Shown here piece by piece: positions 9,767 through 18,900 of a DNA stretch of 32,000 nt. The stretch lies in contig NC_013966.1 of assembly GCF_000025685.1 (NCBI RefSeq), positions 330,001 through 362,000 of the forward strand. Direction: 5' to 3'. Under the pieces are notes generated by a model. The model searched no databases, was not told the origin of the DNA, and saw nothing but the letters and a program-made list of their open reading frames with translations. How positions within the stretch are numbered: position 1 is the first letter of the stretch; each line of letters starts with the position of its first letter. A program made the position numbers and the translations under genes. This DNA comes from Haloferax volcanii DS2 (GTDB lineage: Archaea > Halobacteriota > Halobacteria > Halobacteriales > Haloferacaceae).

Positions 9767-10414
9767 TCAGTCGCGGCGTGCGCGTTCGACCGCTTCGACG
9801 AAGGAACGCGCGTTGGTCTCGATGGTCGCGAAATCGCCGCGCGAGACGGCGTCGTTGTCTACGATTGCGCTGCCGACACCGACGGCAGTCGCTCCGGCGT
9901 CGAAGAACTCGTCGACGGTATCGAGGGCCACGCCACCCGTCGGAACCGTCGGGATGTGTCCGAGCGGCCCGCCCAGTGCGGAGACGAACTCGGGGCCGAG
10001 CGTTCCGGCCGGGAACACCTTCACCATCTCGGCACCGGCCTCGTAGGCGTTGACCGCCTCCGTCGGTGTCGCGATGCCGACCATCGAAGGGGCACCGTAT
10101 CTGTTACCGGTCCGGATGACCCCCTCGTCGAACGTCGGCGTGACCAAGTACTCCGCACCCGCGAGCAGCGCCGCGCGAGCCGTCTCGCTGTCGAGGACGG
10201 TTCCCGCGCCGATGGTGACCTCGTCCGCCGTGAACGACGCGGACACGTCGCGGAGCATGCCGAGGACGCCGTCCGTGTTCGCGGTTATCTCGACGGTCGA
10301 GACGCCGCCGCGCGTGAGCGCTTCGACGGTTTCGATCGCCGTGTCGGCGTCGGTTCCACGGATGATGGCGATGAGGCCGGTCTCCCGAATGCGGCGTGCT
10401 GGGTGGTGGCTCAT
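9767..10414 (-). CDS. KDPG/KDPGal aldolase (Eda/DgoA family)
   Basis: 215 aa. Contains LIAIIRG, VEITANT and the Schiff-base lysine context EMVKVFPAG plus PTGGV, as in class I KDPG aldolases. Confidence 0.9.
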   Translation of the reverse strand: MSHHPARRIRETGLIAIIRGTDADTAIETVEALTRGGVSTVEITANTDGVLGMLRDVSASFTADEVTIGAGTVLDSETARAALLAGAEYLVTPTFDEGVIRTGNRYGAPSMVGIATPTEAVNAYEAGAEMVKVFPAGTLGPEFVSALGGPLGHIPTVPTGGVALDTVDEFFDAGATAVGVGSAIVDNDAVSRGDFATIETNARSFVEAVERARRD

Positions 10415-10495
10415 ACTAGCTCCTCTCGGACGAACGGTTTAAACGCGGTGGTCGCCCCGTCCCACGATACCATCTCGACCCGTCGAGCCGACGGC

Positions 10496-11569
10496 TCAGT
10501 CGAGCGTGACCACACGGCCGGACTCGCCTGCTTCGTAGACGGCCTCGATGAGTCGCATATCGAGGACGCCGTGTTCGCCGTCGGGACCGATCGGCGCGTC
10601 GGTCAAGATGCGGTCTGCGGCGTAGTCGAACAACTCGGTCATCTGATTGACCTGCGGCGTGTCGAGCGTGACCGAAACGTCGTCGCGCGTCACTCGGATT
10701 TCGGTTTCCATGTGGAAGGCAGGCTCGACGAGAATCTCGCCGTTGGTCCCGACGATTCGGAGGCTCGTCGTCGCTTGGGCGTTTTGACTGGCGGTCGCGG
10801 CCAAGTACGTTCCGTCGTCGAACTCCACCATGAACGAGCTGTGCTCGTCGGGTACCTGGTCGAACGCGTCGTGAGAAGATTGCATGAACGCCTGCGCGGC
10901 AACCGGATCGGAATCGAGCAGGAACCGGCAGGTGTTGAGTGGATAGATGCCGATGTCCGTGACGGTCGCCCCCGGCCCCGCCAGTTCGGGGTCGAGCCGC
11001 CATTGATTCGGGTCGGAAATCAGTTCGAGCATCGCTTGCGAGTTCGTCCCGATTGCGTGGACCGGGTCGCCGATGACGCCGTCGCGAATCAACTTTCGCG
11101 CGCGTCGAATCGCGGGTTCGGTATGCATGCGGTAGCCGACGATAAGCGGAACGCCCGCCTCGTCACACGCATCGACCATCTGCTGCCCGCGTTCGCTACT
11201 CGCCTCGATCGGTTTCTCGCAGAGGACGGCCTTGCCCAACTCGGCGGCCGTCCGCGCGTACGGGAGATGAAGCGCGTTGGGCGAGCAGATGTACACCGCG
11301 TCGTAGGCGTCGGCGGCCTCGCCGGCGTGGAACTCGTCGTACGAGAGACCGTGTGTCGCCGTTTCGACGCCGGCCGCAACCCGCTTTGCTTTCTCAGAGG
11401 TGCTACTGACGGTGACGGTCGTCTCGCACAGCCCGGACGCGTCGATAGCCGGAATCGCTTGGTCGACGGTCCACCACCCGAGCCCGATGACTGCGATGCG
11501 GACCGTCCCGTCGGAAACACGCTGCCAGTTACGGCGCTCGAAATCGTCGAGGAACGCTTCTAACGACAT
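10496..11569 (-). CDS. Gfo/Idh/MocA family sugar dehydrogenase (probable D-galactose 1-dehydrogenase)
   Basis: 357 aa. Rossmann N-terminus RIAVIGLGWW and the family EKP motif (VLCEKPIE). Substrate is inferred only from context within the galactose cluster. Confidence 0.8.
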   Translation of the reverse strand: MSLEAFLDDFERRNWQRVSDGTVRIAVIGLGWWTVDQAIPAIDASGLCETTVTVSSTSEKAKRVAAGVETATHGLSYDEFHAGEAADAYDAVYICSPNALHLPYARTAAELGKAVLCEKPIEASSERGQQMVDACDEAGVPLIVGYRMHTEPAIRRARKLIRDGVIGDPVHAIGTNSQAMLELISDPNQWRLDPELAGPGATVTDIGIYPLNTCRFLLDSDPVAAQAFMQSSHDAFDQVPDEHSSFMVEFDDGTYLAATASQNAQATTSLRIVGTNGEILVEPAFHMETEIRVTRDDVSVTLDTPQVNQMTELFDYAADRILTDAPIGPDGEHGVLDMRLIEAVYEAGESGRVVTLD

Positions 11570-11688
11570 ACGAGTTGCACATGATGGACGAGTCGTATAA
11601 TATCGAGGGGTCGAAGGCGGGCACCGGCGTCACAGTCCGAGAGAAAGGTTTTTTCGAGGGACACCCCAACGAATACGTATCGAACCCC

Positions 11689-12843
11689 ATGAGTAAGATT
11701 ACAGAGTATGAACTGTTCGAGGTGCCACCGCGATGGCTGTTTCTCAAGTTGGAGACGACCGACGGCGTCGTCGGCTGGGGCGAACCGGTCGTGGAGGGAC
11801 GCGCTCACAGCGTCAGGGCCGCCGTCGAGGAACTGATGGACAACTACGTCCTTGGAACGGACCCCGCGGCAATAGAAGACCACTGGCAGGCGATGTACCG
11901 GGGAGGCTTCTACCGCGGCGGTCCGGTGTTGATGAGCGCGATTGCGGGTATCGACCAGGCGCTGTGGGACATCAAAGGGAAACACTTCGGAGCCCCGGTT
12001 CACGAACTGCTCGGCGGTGCGACGCGAGACCGAATGCGTGTCTATCAGTGGATTGGTGGGGACCGCCCCTCGGAGGTCGCCGAACAGGCCGAACTGAAAG
12101 TCGAGGCGGGGCTGACCGCCGTGAAGATGAACGCCACGGCGGAGCTTGAACGGATTGACACGCCCGCGTCGGTCCAAGCGGCGGTCAATCGACTCGAAGA
12201 AGTCAGGGAGGCCGTTGGCCCCGAAATCGACATCGGCGTCGACTTCCACGGGCGCGTCTCGAAGCCCATGGCGAAGCGGTTGGCGAAGGCGCTCGAACCG
12301 TACGAGCCGATGTTCATCGAAGAGCCCGTCCTCCCCGAACACAACGACGTGCTCCCGGAAATCGCACAGCACACGACGATTCCGATTGCGACGGGCGAGC
12401 GAATGTACTCGCGCTGGGATTTCAAGCAGGTGTTCGAGAACGGCGCGGTCGACCTGATTCAGCCAGACCTCAGCCACGCGGGTGGCATTACCGAAGTCAA
12501 AAAGATCGCATCGATGGCCGAGGCGTACGACGTCGCACTCGCACCGCACTGTCCGCTCGGCCCGATTGCGCTCGCCTCGTGCCTCCAAGTGGACACCTGT
12601 TCCCCCAACGCGCTCATCCAAGAACAGAGCCTCAACATCCACTACAACCAGCGGAACGACGTGCTCGACTATCTCGAAGACAAGAGTGCGTTCGAGTACG
12701 AAGACGGCTACGTCGCGGTTCCTGACGAACCCGGACTTGGAATACAGATGGACGAACAGTACATCCGAAAGCAGGCCGAACGCCCGGTCAACTGGCACAA
12801 CCCCGTGTGGCGTCACGAAGACGGCAGCGTCGCCGAGTGGTGA
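11689..12843 (+). CDS. dgoD: D-galactonate dehydratase (enolase superfamily)
   Basis: Start chosen at the ATG at 11689 (MSKITEYELFEVPPRWLFLKLETTDGVVGWGEP); the track ORF runs in frame from 11575. Motifs AGIDQALWDIKGK, DFHGR, FIEEP, ATGER and QPDLSHAGGITE match DgoD-type mandelate racemase/muconate-lactonizing enzymes. Confidence 0.9.
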   Translation: MSKITEYELFEVPPRWLFLKLETTDGVVGWGEPVVEGRAHSVRAAVEELMDNYVLGTDPAAIEDHWQAMYRGGFYRGGPVLMSAIAGIDQALWDIKGKHFGAPVHELLGGATRDRMRVYQWIGGDRPSEVAEQAELKVEAGLTAVKMNATAELERIDTPASVQAAVNRLEEVREAVGPEIDIGVDFHGRVSKPMAKRLAKALEPYEPMFIEEPVLPEHNDVLPEIAQHTTIPIATGERMYSRWDFKQVFENGAVDLIQPDLSHAGGITEVKKIASMAEAYDVALAPHCPLGPIALASCLQVDTCSPNALIQEQSLNIHYNQRNDVLDYLEDKSAFEYEDGYVAVPDEPGLGIQMDEQYIRKQAERPVNWHNPVWRHEDGSVAEW

Positions 12844-12879
12844 CCGGCCACCGCGAATCGTTCACTAACTGTTAACAAC

Positions 12880-12885
12880 TTATTT
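12880..12885 (+). promoter_or_regulatory. TATA-like element (TTATTT) upstream of the IclR gene
   Basis: Centred about 28 nt upstream of the ATG at 12911, the spacing expected for a leaderless mRNA. It lies immediately 3' of the GTTAACAACT motif. Confidence 0.35.
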
Positions 12886-12910
12886 GTACGTCGGTCGAGT
12901 GTCGGAGGGT

Positions 12911-13681
12911 ATGCCCACCGCAGACGACTACGGAATCAAGGCGACGATGACGAGCCATCGAATCCTCGATACGATACGGAGTCGCGACCGGCCGACGCTG
13001 ACAGAAATCGCTCGGGCACTCGACCTCTCGAAACCGGCGGTCCACAAGCACCTCGCGACGCTCGAAGCTATCGGCTACGTCATGCGACGTGACGGGGGGT
13101 ACGAAATCGGACTCGAACTCGTGAGTTTCGGCGTCTACGCGAGGCGACGCCAGCGGATATACGAGGTCGCCCGGTCACGGGTGGTCGAACTGGCCAACAC
13201 CATGCGAGAGCAGGTCTGTCTGGTCGTTCCGGGACAGGGTAGTGAGTGGAACTGCCTCTACATGTTCACGGCCGTGCCAGCGGATGTAGACACTCCGGAC
13301 CAGGAGGGGGAGATACGACCATTGCACGCGACGGCGGCCGGGAAGGTACTCCTCGCCAATATGGACAAAGACGAGGTTGCGGAGTTTCTCGACCACGACT
13401 CGCTCTCCTCGGAGACTGCGAATACGATTACCGAACGCAACGAGTTGCAGTCCAAGCTCCAAGCGATTCGCGACCAAGGAGTCGCATACGACAGACAGGA
13501 GCAATCGGACGACTATCGCGGTGTCGCCGCACCGGTCCTCGACGACGACGGTCGCCCGTTGGGCGCAATCGAAGTCCTCGGCCCTCCTCCGCGAATGAGC
13601 GGAAAGCGTCTCGAAGAGGACACCGTCGGATTGGTCGTCAGCGGAGCGAAGGACGTGGAGAATAAAATCTCTATCGACTGA
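12911..13681 (+). CDS. IclR family transcriptional regulator (GacR-like by context)
   Basis: Start at the ATG at 12911; the track start 12884 is a TTG. HTH LTEIARALDLSKPAVHKHLATLEAIGYV plus a C-terminal IclR effector domain (...HATAAGKVLLA..., AYDRQE..., GVAAPV...). It sits next to the galactose catabolic genes. Confidence 0.85.
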   Translation: MPTADDYGIKATMTSHRILDTIRSRDRPTLTEIARALDLSKPAVHKHLATLEAIGYVMRRDGGYEIGLELVSFGVYARRRQRIYEVARSRVVELANTMREQVCLVVPGQGSEWNCLYMFTAVPADVDTPDQEGEIRPLHATAAGKVLLANMDKDEVAEFLDHDSLSSETANTITERNELQSKLQAIRDQGVAYDRQEQSDDYRGVAAPVLDDDGRPLGAIEVLGPPPRMSGKRLEEDTVGLVVSGAKDVENKISID

Positions 13682-14828
13682 TGGATTTTCTATTAGTTAA
13701 CAACTCCGGTGCGAGAGATAGAGATACGGGTACGGAGAGCCGAATAGATGCCTATGAAGTTCATGAGGGGCATCATAGTGGATAGATAGACCGGTCGTGG
13801 GGCGGAGAGTGTTTTCTAATGGTGAACAACGATGAACTATCTGTATATGTGGCTCTGTGGGGTGGTCGGTGGAAAAAGGCGAATGAGATTACACACATAG
13901 ATATGTAATTAGACGTCGAGGATTCGAGGTCGAACTCGTGAACCGGGCAAGTGAGTTTGACAGGTCGTTCGAAGGAGTAGTATTTCGATTAAGATACACA
14001 TATATCGGCACCACGCGCGCGGCGACTGGCTTACGGCTGTGGAACTGAGTGACTCGCATGTGGTGAGCGTGGGATGCGTTTGAATGAACTTTCGATCAAC
14101 GTAGTCAAACATACCGACCAAGCAAAACCGAAGGGCATCGGCCAACGGATTCCGTAATTCCCCCGAGAAATACATCGGTTGGGAGGTCGTGTTTCTCCGG
14201 GAGTCAGCAGAGAACCGGAGCAGTCTACGGTACCATACAGTCCAAACGCTGCATCGTCAAGCAGTGGTTCACGCCAGACACTATTGGTCGATTTAGACAA
14301 TAATACACCGTGAAGACGTGCCAGCCTGTCCGGTACTGGCGGTCGACATCGACAGTGAAACCTCAATCACGAATATCGTTCAGATATTCAGTCATGAAGG
14401 CTAATGTTCGACTAGCCGAAAAATACTCACAGTCAGATAGATAGTAATAACTGACAGTCTACAAGGGAAAGTCACAACTCGAACCCACCGACCGGTCGAG
14501 CAAGCCTTCGATACCAAGAAAGCAAGCGTCGCTCGTTAGTGGTTCGTTCTCAGAACCACGGGTTTCGGAGGTAGAATCGAAATATCAGCTTAGAAAATAT
14601 CTAAGATATCTTACTTCCGAAGGTAGGTATGCGTCGAAATGTGTAAGTCGACGTATTAACCCCGGAACCCACATTTCGCGAACACAACCTCGACAATGAG
14701 AAGGCTGGCAACCGCCCCCGCGAGACTCAGCGAAGGCCGTGGTCACTGCGAGGCCAAGCCAGCGTCAACAGAACGCTCAGCGGAGGCGAAACAGCCATGA
14801 CCGTCGGTTTCGAACGGCGAACCTGAGC

Positions 14829-15425
14829 GTGACCCACGGAACGAAGCGGGCGGCCGAAGCGTACGACGCAGTCGAGAGTCACGAGGAGTTGATTCGGTGG
14901 TCTCGGGCGTACTGCACGCGCGCGGTCGCAGCGCACGGTTTCGACGTGATGCTCGGCCCCGTCTGCTGGGAAGTGTCCACGCGGGCGAAACGTCGCGCGG
15001 CCGCGGTGAAGACCCCGACCATCGAGAACGCCAGCGTCGGGAGGGCTATCGACTGGAGTGCACGGGCGAACGGGTTCGGGGAGTCGACGCCGCCCGAATG
15101 CACGATGTCGCTGTCGTGGCGGGCGTTCGAGTCGTTCGACCGCGAGGAGTGGTCCGCGACGCTCCGGCACGAACTCGTCCACGTCGAGCAGTTTCAGGCG
15201 TTCGGCGCGACCGACCACGGACCGGCGTTCAAACGCCGCGCCGAGGCGGTCGACGCCCCGGTTCGCGTCCGCCGGTTCGCGGAGCCGAAGTACACCCTCT
15301 CTTGCGAGGCCTGCGGCGCTGACGTGGCCTACCGCTACCGCGAGTGTAAACTGGTCCGCGAGTCGTCGGCCTATCGCTCCGCGTGTTGCGAAGCGCCGCT
15401 ACACTGTCGAAAACGGCGGGAGTAG
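14829..15425 (+). CDS. SprT-like zinc metalloprotease-domain protein
   Basis: HExxH motif in TLRHELVHVEQF, followed by a C-terminal Cys cluster (LSCEACG...ECK...SACCEAPLHC). Start is uncertain: the track ORF begins at a GTG at 14739 with an Arg-rich, unlikely leader. The GTG at 14829 (MTHGTKRAAEAYD...) is preferred. Confidence 0.7.
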   Translation: MTHGTKRAAEAYDAVESHEELIRWSRAYCTRAVAAHGFDVMLGPVCWEVSTRAKRRAAAVKTPTIENASVGRAIDWSARANGFGESTPPECTMSLSWRAFESFDREEWSATLRHELVHVEQFQAFGATDHGPAFKRRAEAVDAPVRVRRFAEPKYTLSCEACGADVAYRYRECKLVRESSAYRSACCEAPLHCRKRRE

Positions 15426-15454
15426 CAGGCGAGAGTCGCCCGCCCCGCGAGCGA

Positions 15455-15649
15455 CTATCGGCTCGGCGGGTGCGCCCGCGCCTCCCGAATCGCCACGAAG
15501 GCGACCGCGAGGACGAACACGAGCGCCAAGAAGAACTCGACGCCGGGAACGGTCCCGGCGATAGCCCAAACGTACACGTCCTCCGCGCCGAGGATGACGA
15601 ACAGCGCGACGAGAATCACCACGCCGGTTCGACCGATGCCGAGTCTCAT
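15455..15649 (-). CDS. small two-TM membrane protein, function unknown
   Basis: 64 aa from the ATG at 15649: MRLGIGRTGVVILVALFVILGAEDVYVWAIAGTVPGVEFFLALVFVLAVAFVAIREARAHPPSR. It has two clear hydrophobic helices. The longer track ORF (to 15730) adds an implausible leader. Confidence 0.5.
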   Translation of the reverse strand: MRLGIGRTGVVILVALFVILGAEDVYVWAIAGTVPGVEFFLALVFVLAVAFVAIREARAHPPSR

Positions 15650-15975
15650 ACGTCGATTTTGCCACCGCGACAACATAAGCGTTGGAGGCGACTGTCGTCT
15701 CGTGAGAGACAGTGGTATTGCTGATTTCACGAATACTACGTGGCGATTGACGACAAGAGAGTTGTATTGTAGCAGGAAAATGAGTATACGGGGACGATAT
15801 AAATATTCGAGGAGGATATAAGAACATTCGAGTTAAAATAGTTCGAGTCTAAGAAATGATTTTGTTAAGAATTGATATTTATTCGAAATACTACGCAGTC
15901 TGTGAGAAGCGAGAAGAGACTCGAAGCCGACGAAATCGGGAGGCCACCACCGTTACCACGCGCTGCGAGAGGAGA

Positions 15976-15982
15976 CTATTTA
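15976..15982 (+). promoter_or_regulatory. TATA-like element (CTATTTA) upstream of the DUF1028 gene
   Basis: About 39 nt upstream of the ATG at 16018, at the edge of a visibly AT-rich spacer (15730-15900). Confidence 0.3.
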
Positions 15983-16017
15983 CCGCGCGAGCGTGATCGG
16001 AAACCAGTATCGAACCC

Positions 16018-16707
16018 ATGCGACACGTCCCAGGAACCTTCTCGATAGCGGCGCGCGACCCCGAGGCGAACGTCTACGGCGCGGCGGTGACGACCGGAAC
16101 CGTCGCCGTCGGCGCGACCTGCCCCTACGTGAGCGCCGGCGGCGCGGCGGTCACGCAGTCGTACACGAAGCCCGAACACGGCCGCGACGCGGTCGCCCGC
16201 GCGGAAGCCGGCGAGCGCATCGACGACGCCTTCGAATCGCTCCTCGACGACGACGACCACGCCGCCTACCGACAAGTCCACGGCGTCGGCGCGGGCGGCG
16301 AGTTCGCCTTCACCGGCGGCGAGTGCGTCTCGTGGGCCGGCCACCGCGTCGGCGACGACTACACCGTTGCGGGCAATATGCTCGCCGGGGAGGGTGTCGT
16401 CGAGGCGACCGCCGAAGCCTACGAGGCCGCCGACGGCGACATGGCCGAGCGACTCGTCTCGGCGCTCGAAGCCGGCGAATCGGCGGGCGGCGACGACCGC
16501 GGCGAGCTGAGCGCCGCGCTGCTCGTCCACGCGCCGACGCCGGAGTTCTACCACAACCTCCGTGTCGACCTCTCCGACGACCCGGTGGCCGACCTGCGCG
16601 GCCTGCTCTCGGAGGCGCGGCGCGCGAAAGCCCAGATTCGACGAGAGACGGACGCGCAGTTCGGTGACTACCCGGACGAGATTCTGGAGTTCGGCGTCAA
16701 GTACTGA
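16018..16707 (+). CDS. DUF1028 family protein (Ntn-hydrolase-like fold, function unknown)
   Basis: 229 aa. The N-terminus ...GTFSIAARDPEANVYGAAVTTG and overall length match my recollection of the DUF1028 family signature (GTFSIvArDp...GvAv). Confidence 0.8.
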   Translation: MRHVPGTFSIAARDPEANVYGAAVTTGTVAVGATCPYVSAGGAAVTQSYTKPEHGRDAVARAEAGERIDDAFESLLDDDDHAAYRQVHGVGAGGEFAFTGGECVSWAGHRVGDDYTVAGNMLAGEGVVEATAEAYEAADGDMAERLVSALEAGESAGGDDRGELSAALLVHAPTPEFYHNLRVDLSDDPVADLRGLLSEARRAKAQIRRETDAQFGDYPDEILEFGVKY

Positions 16708-16722
16708 GTCGACCGCGGCGCT

Positions 16723-16728
16723 AAAAAA
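16723..16728 (-). terminator. oligo-T tract downstream of the ABC ATPase gene
   Basis: A6 on the + strand is T6 on the - strand, 19-24 nt after the stop at 16747, in the 39-bp convergent gap. Archaeal termination commonly uses oligo-T. Confidence 0.35.
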
Positions 16729-16746
16729 GTGACCGCGCGGGCGGCG

Positions 16747-18900
16747 TCAGTCCGAGTCGGCCGGGCTGGTCTCCGCACGCTTCGACGGCGTGATAAACGA
16801 GTCGCGTTGGCTCATCTCCTCGTCGGAGAGGTGACAGGAGATGTAGTGGTCGCCGCCGTCGACGGCTTCGAGTTCCGGGAGGTCCTGCTCGCAGACATCG
16901 CCGATTTTCTTCGGACAGCGCGTCTGGAACGGGCAGCCCGACGGCGGGTTGATGGGACTCGGGACGCTCCCTTCGAGGAGAATGCGGTCCGTCTCGCGGT
17001 CCGGGTTCGCGTGGGGGACCGCGGACAGGAGGCTCTCCGTGTAGGGGTGGAACGGCGGCGAGAACACCTGCTCGATGCGCCCGAACTCCGCGATTTTCCC
17101 GAGGTACATCACGGCCACGCGGTCGCAGATGTGCCGGATGACGCCGATGTTGTGCGAGATGAACAGGAACGAGATGTTCTCGTCGTCCTGAATCTCGTTC
17201 AGGAGGTTGAGAATCTGCGCCTGCACGCTCACGTCGAGCGCCGACACGGGCTCGTCGCAGACGATGAGCTTCGGTTCGACCGCGAGCGCGTGCGCGATGG
17301 CGACGCGCTGTTGTTGGCCGCCGGAGAACTCGTGGGGGTACTTGCTCGCGGCGGCCCGCGAGAGGCCGACGCGTTCGAGGAGGTCGCCCACGCGCTCGCG
17401 CTTTTCCTCGCCGGTGGCGATGCCGTGTTTCTCCATCGCGCGCCCGACGATTTGGCCGACGGTCTTCCGCGGGTTGAGCGAGCTCTGGGGGTCCTGGAAT
17501 ATCATCTGCATCTCGCGGCGCAGACTCCGAATCTCCGAGGAGCCGAGTTCGTGGAGCGGCTGGCCCTCGAAGTACACCTCGCCGTCGCTCGGTTCGAGGA
17601 GCCGGAGCGCGGTGCGAGCGACCGTGGACTTCCCGCAGCCGGACTCGCCGACGAGCCCGACGGTCTCGCCGGGGTAGACGTCGAAACTCACGTCGTCGAC
17701 GGCCTTGACGTGCCGCCGTTCGACGGTCGGCAGGCCGCCGCCCTCCCACGAGAGGTGGACGTTGCCGAGGATTCCTTCGCCGGCGTCGAAGTATTTCTTC
17801 AGGTTCCGCACCTCGAACAGCGGCTCGCCGGTGCGGTCGATGTCGCGGCGACCGGCCCCGGCTTCGGGGACCGTGCTCTCCGAGAGGTCGAGGTCGTCGG
17901 CGTGGAGACACGCCGCGCGCGACGAGCCGTCGCCGACGGGGTCGAGCGACGGGTCGCCGCCGGTCCGACACGCCTCGGTGGCGTGCGGACACCGCGGCGC
18001 GAAGTTACAGCCGCTCGGGAGGTCCCCGAGGTCGGGCATCGCGCCGTCGAGCGTCGGCAGTTCGTCGTAGTCGGTGTCGACCTCCGGGATGGAGTCGATG
18101 AGCGAGCGGGTGTAGGGATGTCGCGGGCGGTCGAACAGGTCGCCGAGCTCGGCCGTCTCCACGAGGTTCCCGGCGTACATGACGCCGACGTGGTCGCACG
18201 TCTGGGCGACGACGCCGAGGTTGTGGGTAATCATCAGCACGGCCGTCCCCTCGCGCTCCTGCATCTCGTTGAGCAGGTCGAGAATCTTCGCCTGCGTCGT
18301 CACGTCGAGCGCGGTGGTCGGCTCGTCGGCGATGATGAGGTCCGGCTCGCAGGAGAAGCCGATGGCGACGAGGACGCGCTGGCGCATCCCCCCGGAGAAC
18401 TCGTGGGGGTAGTCGTCGATGCGCTCTTCGGCGTCGGGAATGCCGACATCGTCCATCGACTCGATGGCGAGCTGGCGTGCCTCCGACTTGGAGACGTCCT
18501 GATGGCGGCGAATCGTCTCCGTAATCTGCTCGCCGACGGTCATCACCGGGTTGAGCGACGACATCGGGTCCTGCGGAATCATCGCGATGCGGTTGCCGCG
18601 GATGTCGCGCATCTCGGCTTCCGTCTTCTGGAGGAGGTCTTCGCCGTCGAAGACGACCTGTCCGCCGGTGATTTCGCCGGGCGAGTCGATGAGGCGCATG
18701 AGCGACCGCCCCGTCACGGACTTGCCCGCGCCCGATTCACCGACGAGACCCATGGTCTCGCCGCGGTCGAGCGAGAACGACACCTCGTTGGAGGCGACGA
18801 TGGGGCCGCCCTCGGTGTGGAACTCGGTTCTGAGTCCGCGCACGTCGAGCAGCGGGCCGTCGTCGGCCTCGGCGTCGGTCGCGGTACTGGGTGCGCTCAT
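16747..18900 (-). CDS. fused double ATP-binding protein of a Dpp/Opp-class ABC importer
   Basis: 717 aa with two complete ABC cassettes: Walker A GESGAGKS and GESGCGKS, two signature motifs ([16 protein letters not shown]), and Walker [12 protein letters not shown] and [11 protein letters not shown]. Each cassette is followed by the Cys-containing oligopeptide-transporter C-terminal region. Confidence 0.95.
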   Translation of the reverse strand: MSAPSTATDAEADDGPLLDVRGLRTEFHTEGGPIVASNEVSFSLDRGETMGLVGESGAGKSVTGRSLMRLIDSPGEITGGQVVFDGEDLLQKTEAEMRDIRGNRIAMIPQDPMSSLNPVMTVGEQITETIRRHQDVSKSEARQLAIESMDDVGIPDAEERIDDYPHEFSGGMRQRVLVAIGFSCEPDLIIADEPTTALDVTTQAKILDLLNEMQEREGTAVLMITHNLGVVAQTCDHVGVMYAGNLVETAELGDLFDRPRHPYTRSLIDSIPEVDTDYDELPTLDGAMPDLGDLPSGCNFAPRCPHATEACRTGGDPSLDPVGDGSSRAACLHADDLDLSESTVPEAGAGRRDIDRTGEPLFEVRNLKKYFDAGEGILGNVHLSWEGGGLPTVERRHVKAVDDVSFDVYPGETVGLVGESGCGKSTVARTALRLLEPSDGEVYFEGQPLHELGSSEIRSLRREMQMIFQDPQSSLNPRKTVGQIVGRAMEKHGIATGEEKRERVGDLLERVGLSRAAASKYPHEFSGGQQQRVAIAHALAVEPKLIVCDEPVSALDVSVQAQILNLLNEIQDDENISFLFISHNIGVIRHICDRVAVMYLGKIAEFGRIEQVFSPPFHPYTESLLSAVPHANPDRETDRILLEGSVPSPINPPSGCPFQTRCPKKIGDVCEQDLPELEAVDGGDHYISCHLSDEEMSQRDSFITPSKRAETSPADSD

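Noticed and set aside
8198-12816. Long antisense ORFs 8198..9607 (-), 9956..11563 (+) and 11560..12816 (-)
   Set aside because: Each lies opposite a gene with unambiguous family motifs (kdgK, aldolase/dehydrogenase, dgoD). Their products are Arg-rich and basic, unlike the acidic haloarchaeal proteome.
13909-14366. Overlapping - strand ORFs of 88 and 111 aa in the 13.7-14.8 kb gap
   Set aside because: They have Cys/Arg/Pro-rich, non-acidic translations, overlap each other in different frames, and show no motif or plausible promoter spacing.
15800-15890. Recurrent (A/G)TTCGAG hexamers at 15805, 15826 and 15841, and ATTCGAA at 15881, in the AT-rich spacer upstream of the DUF1028 gene
   Set aside because: The motif is short with irregular spacing (21, 15 and 40 bp). 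This is plausible by chance in AT-rich DNA, so it is noted only as a weak candidate regulatory feature.
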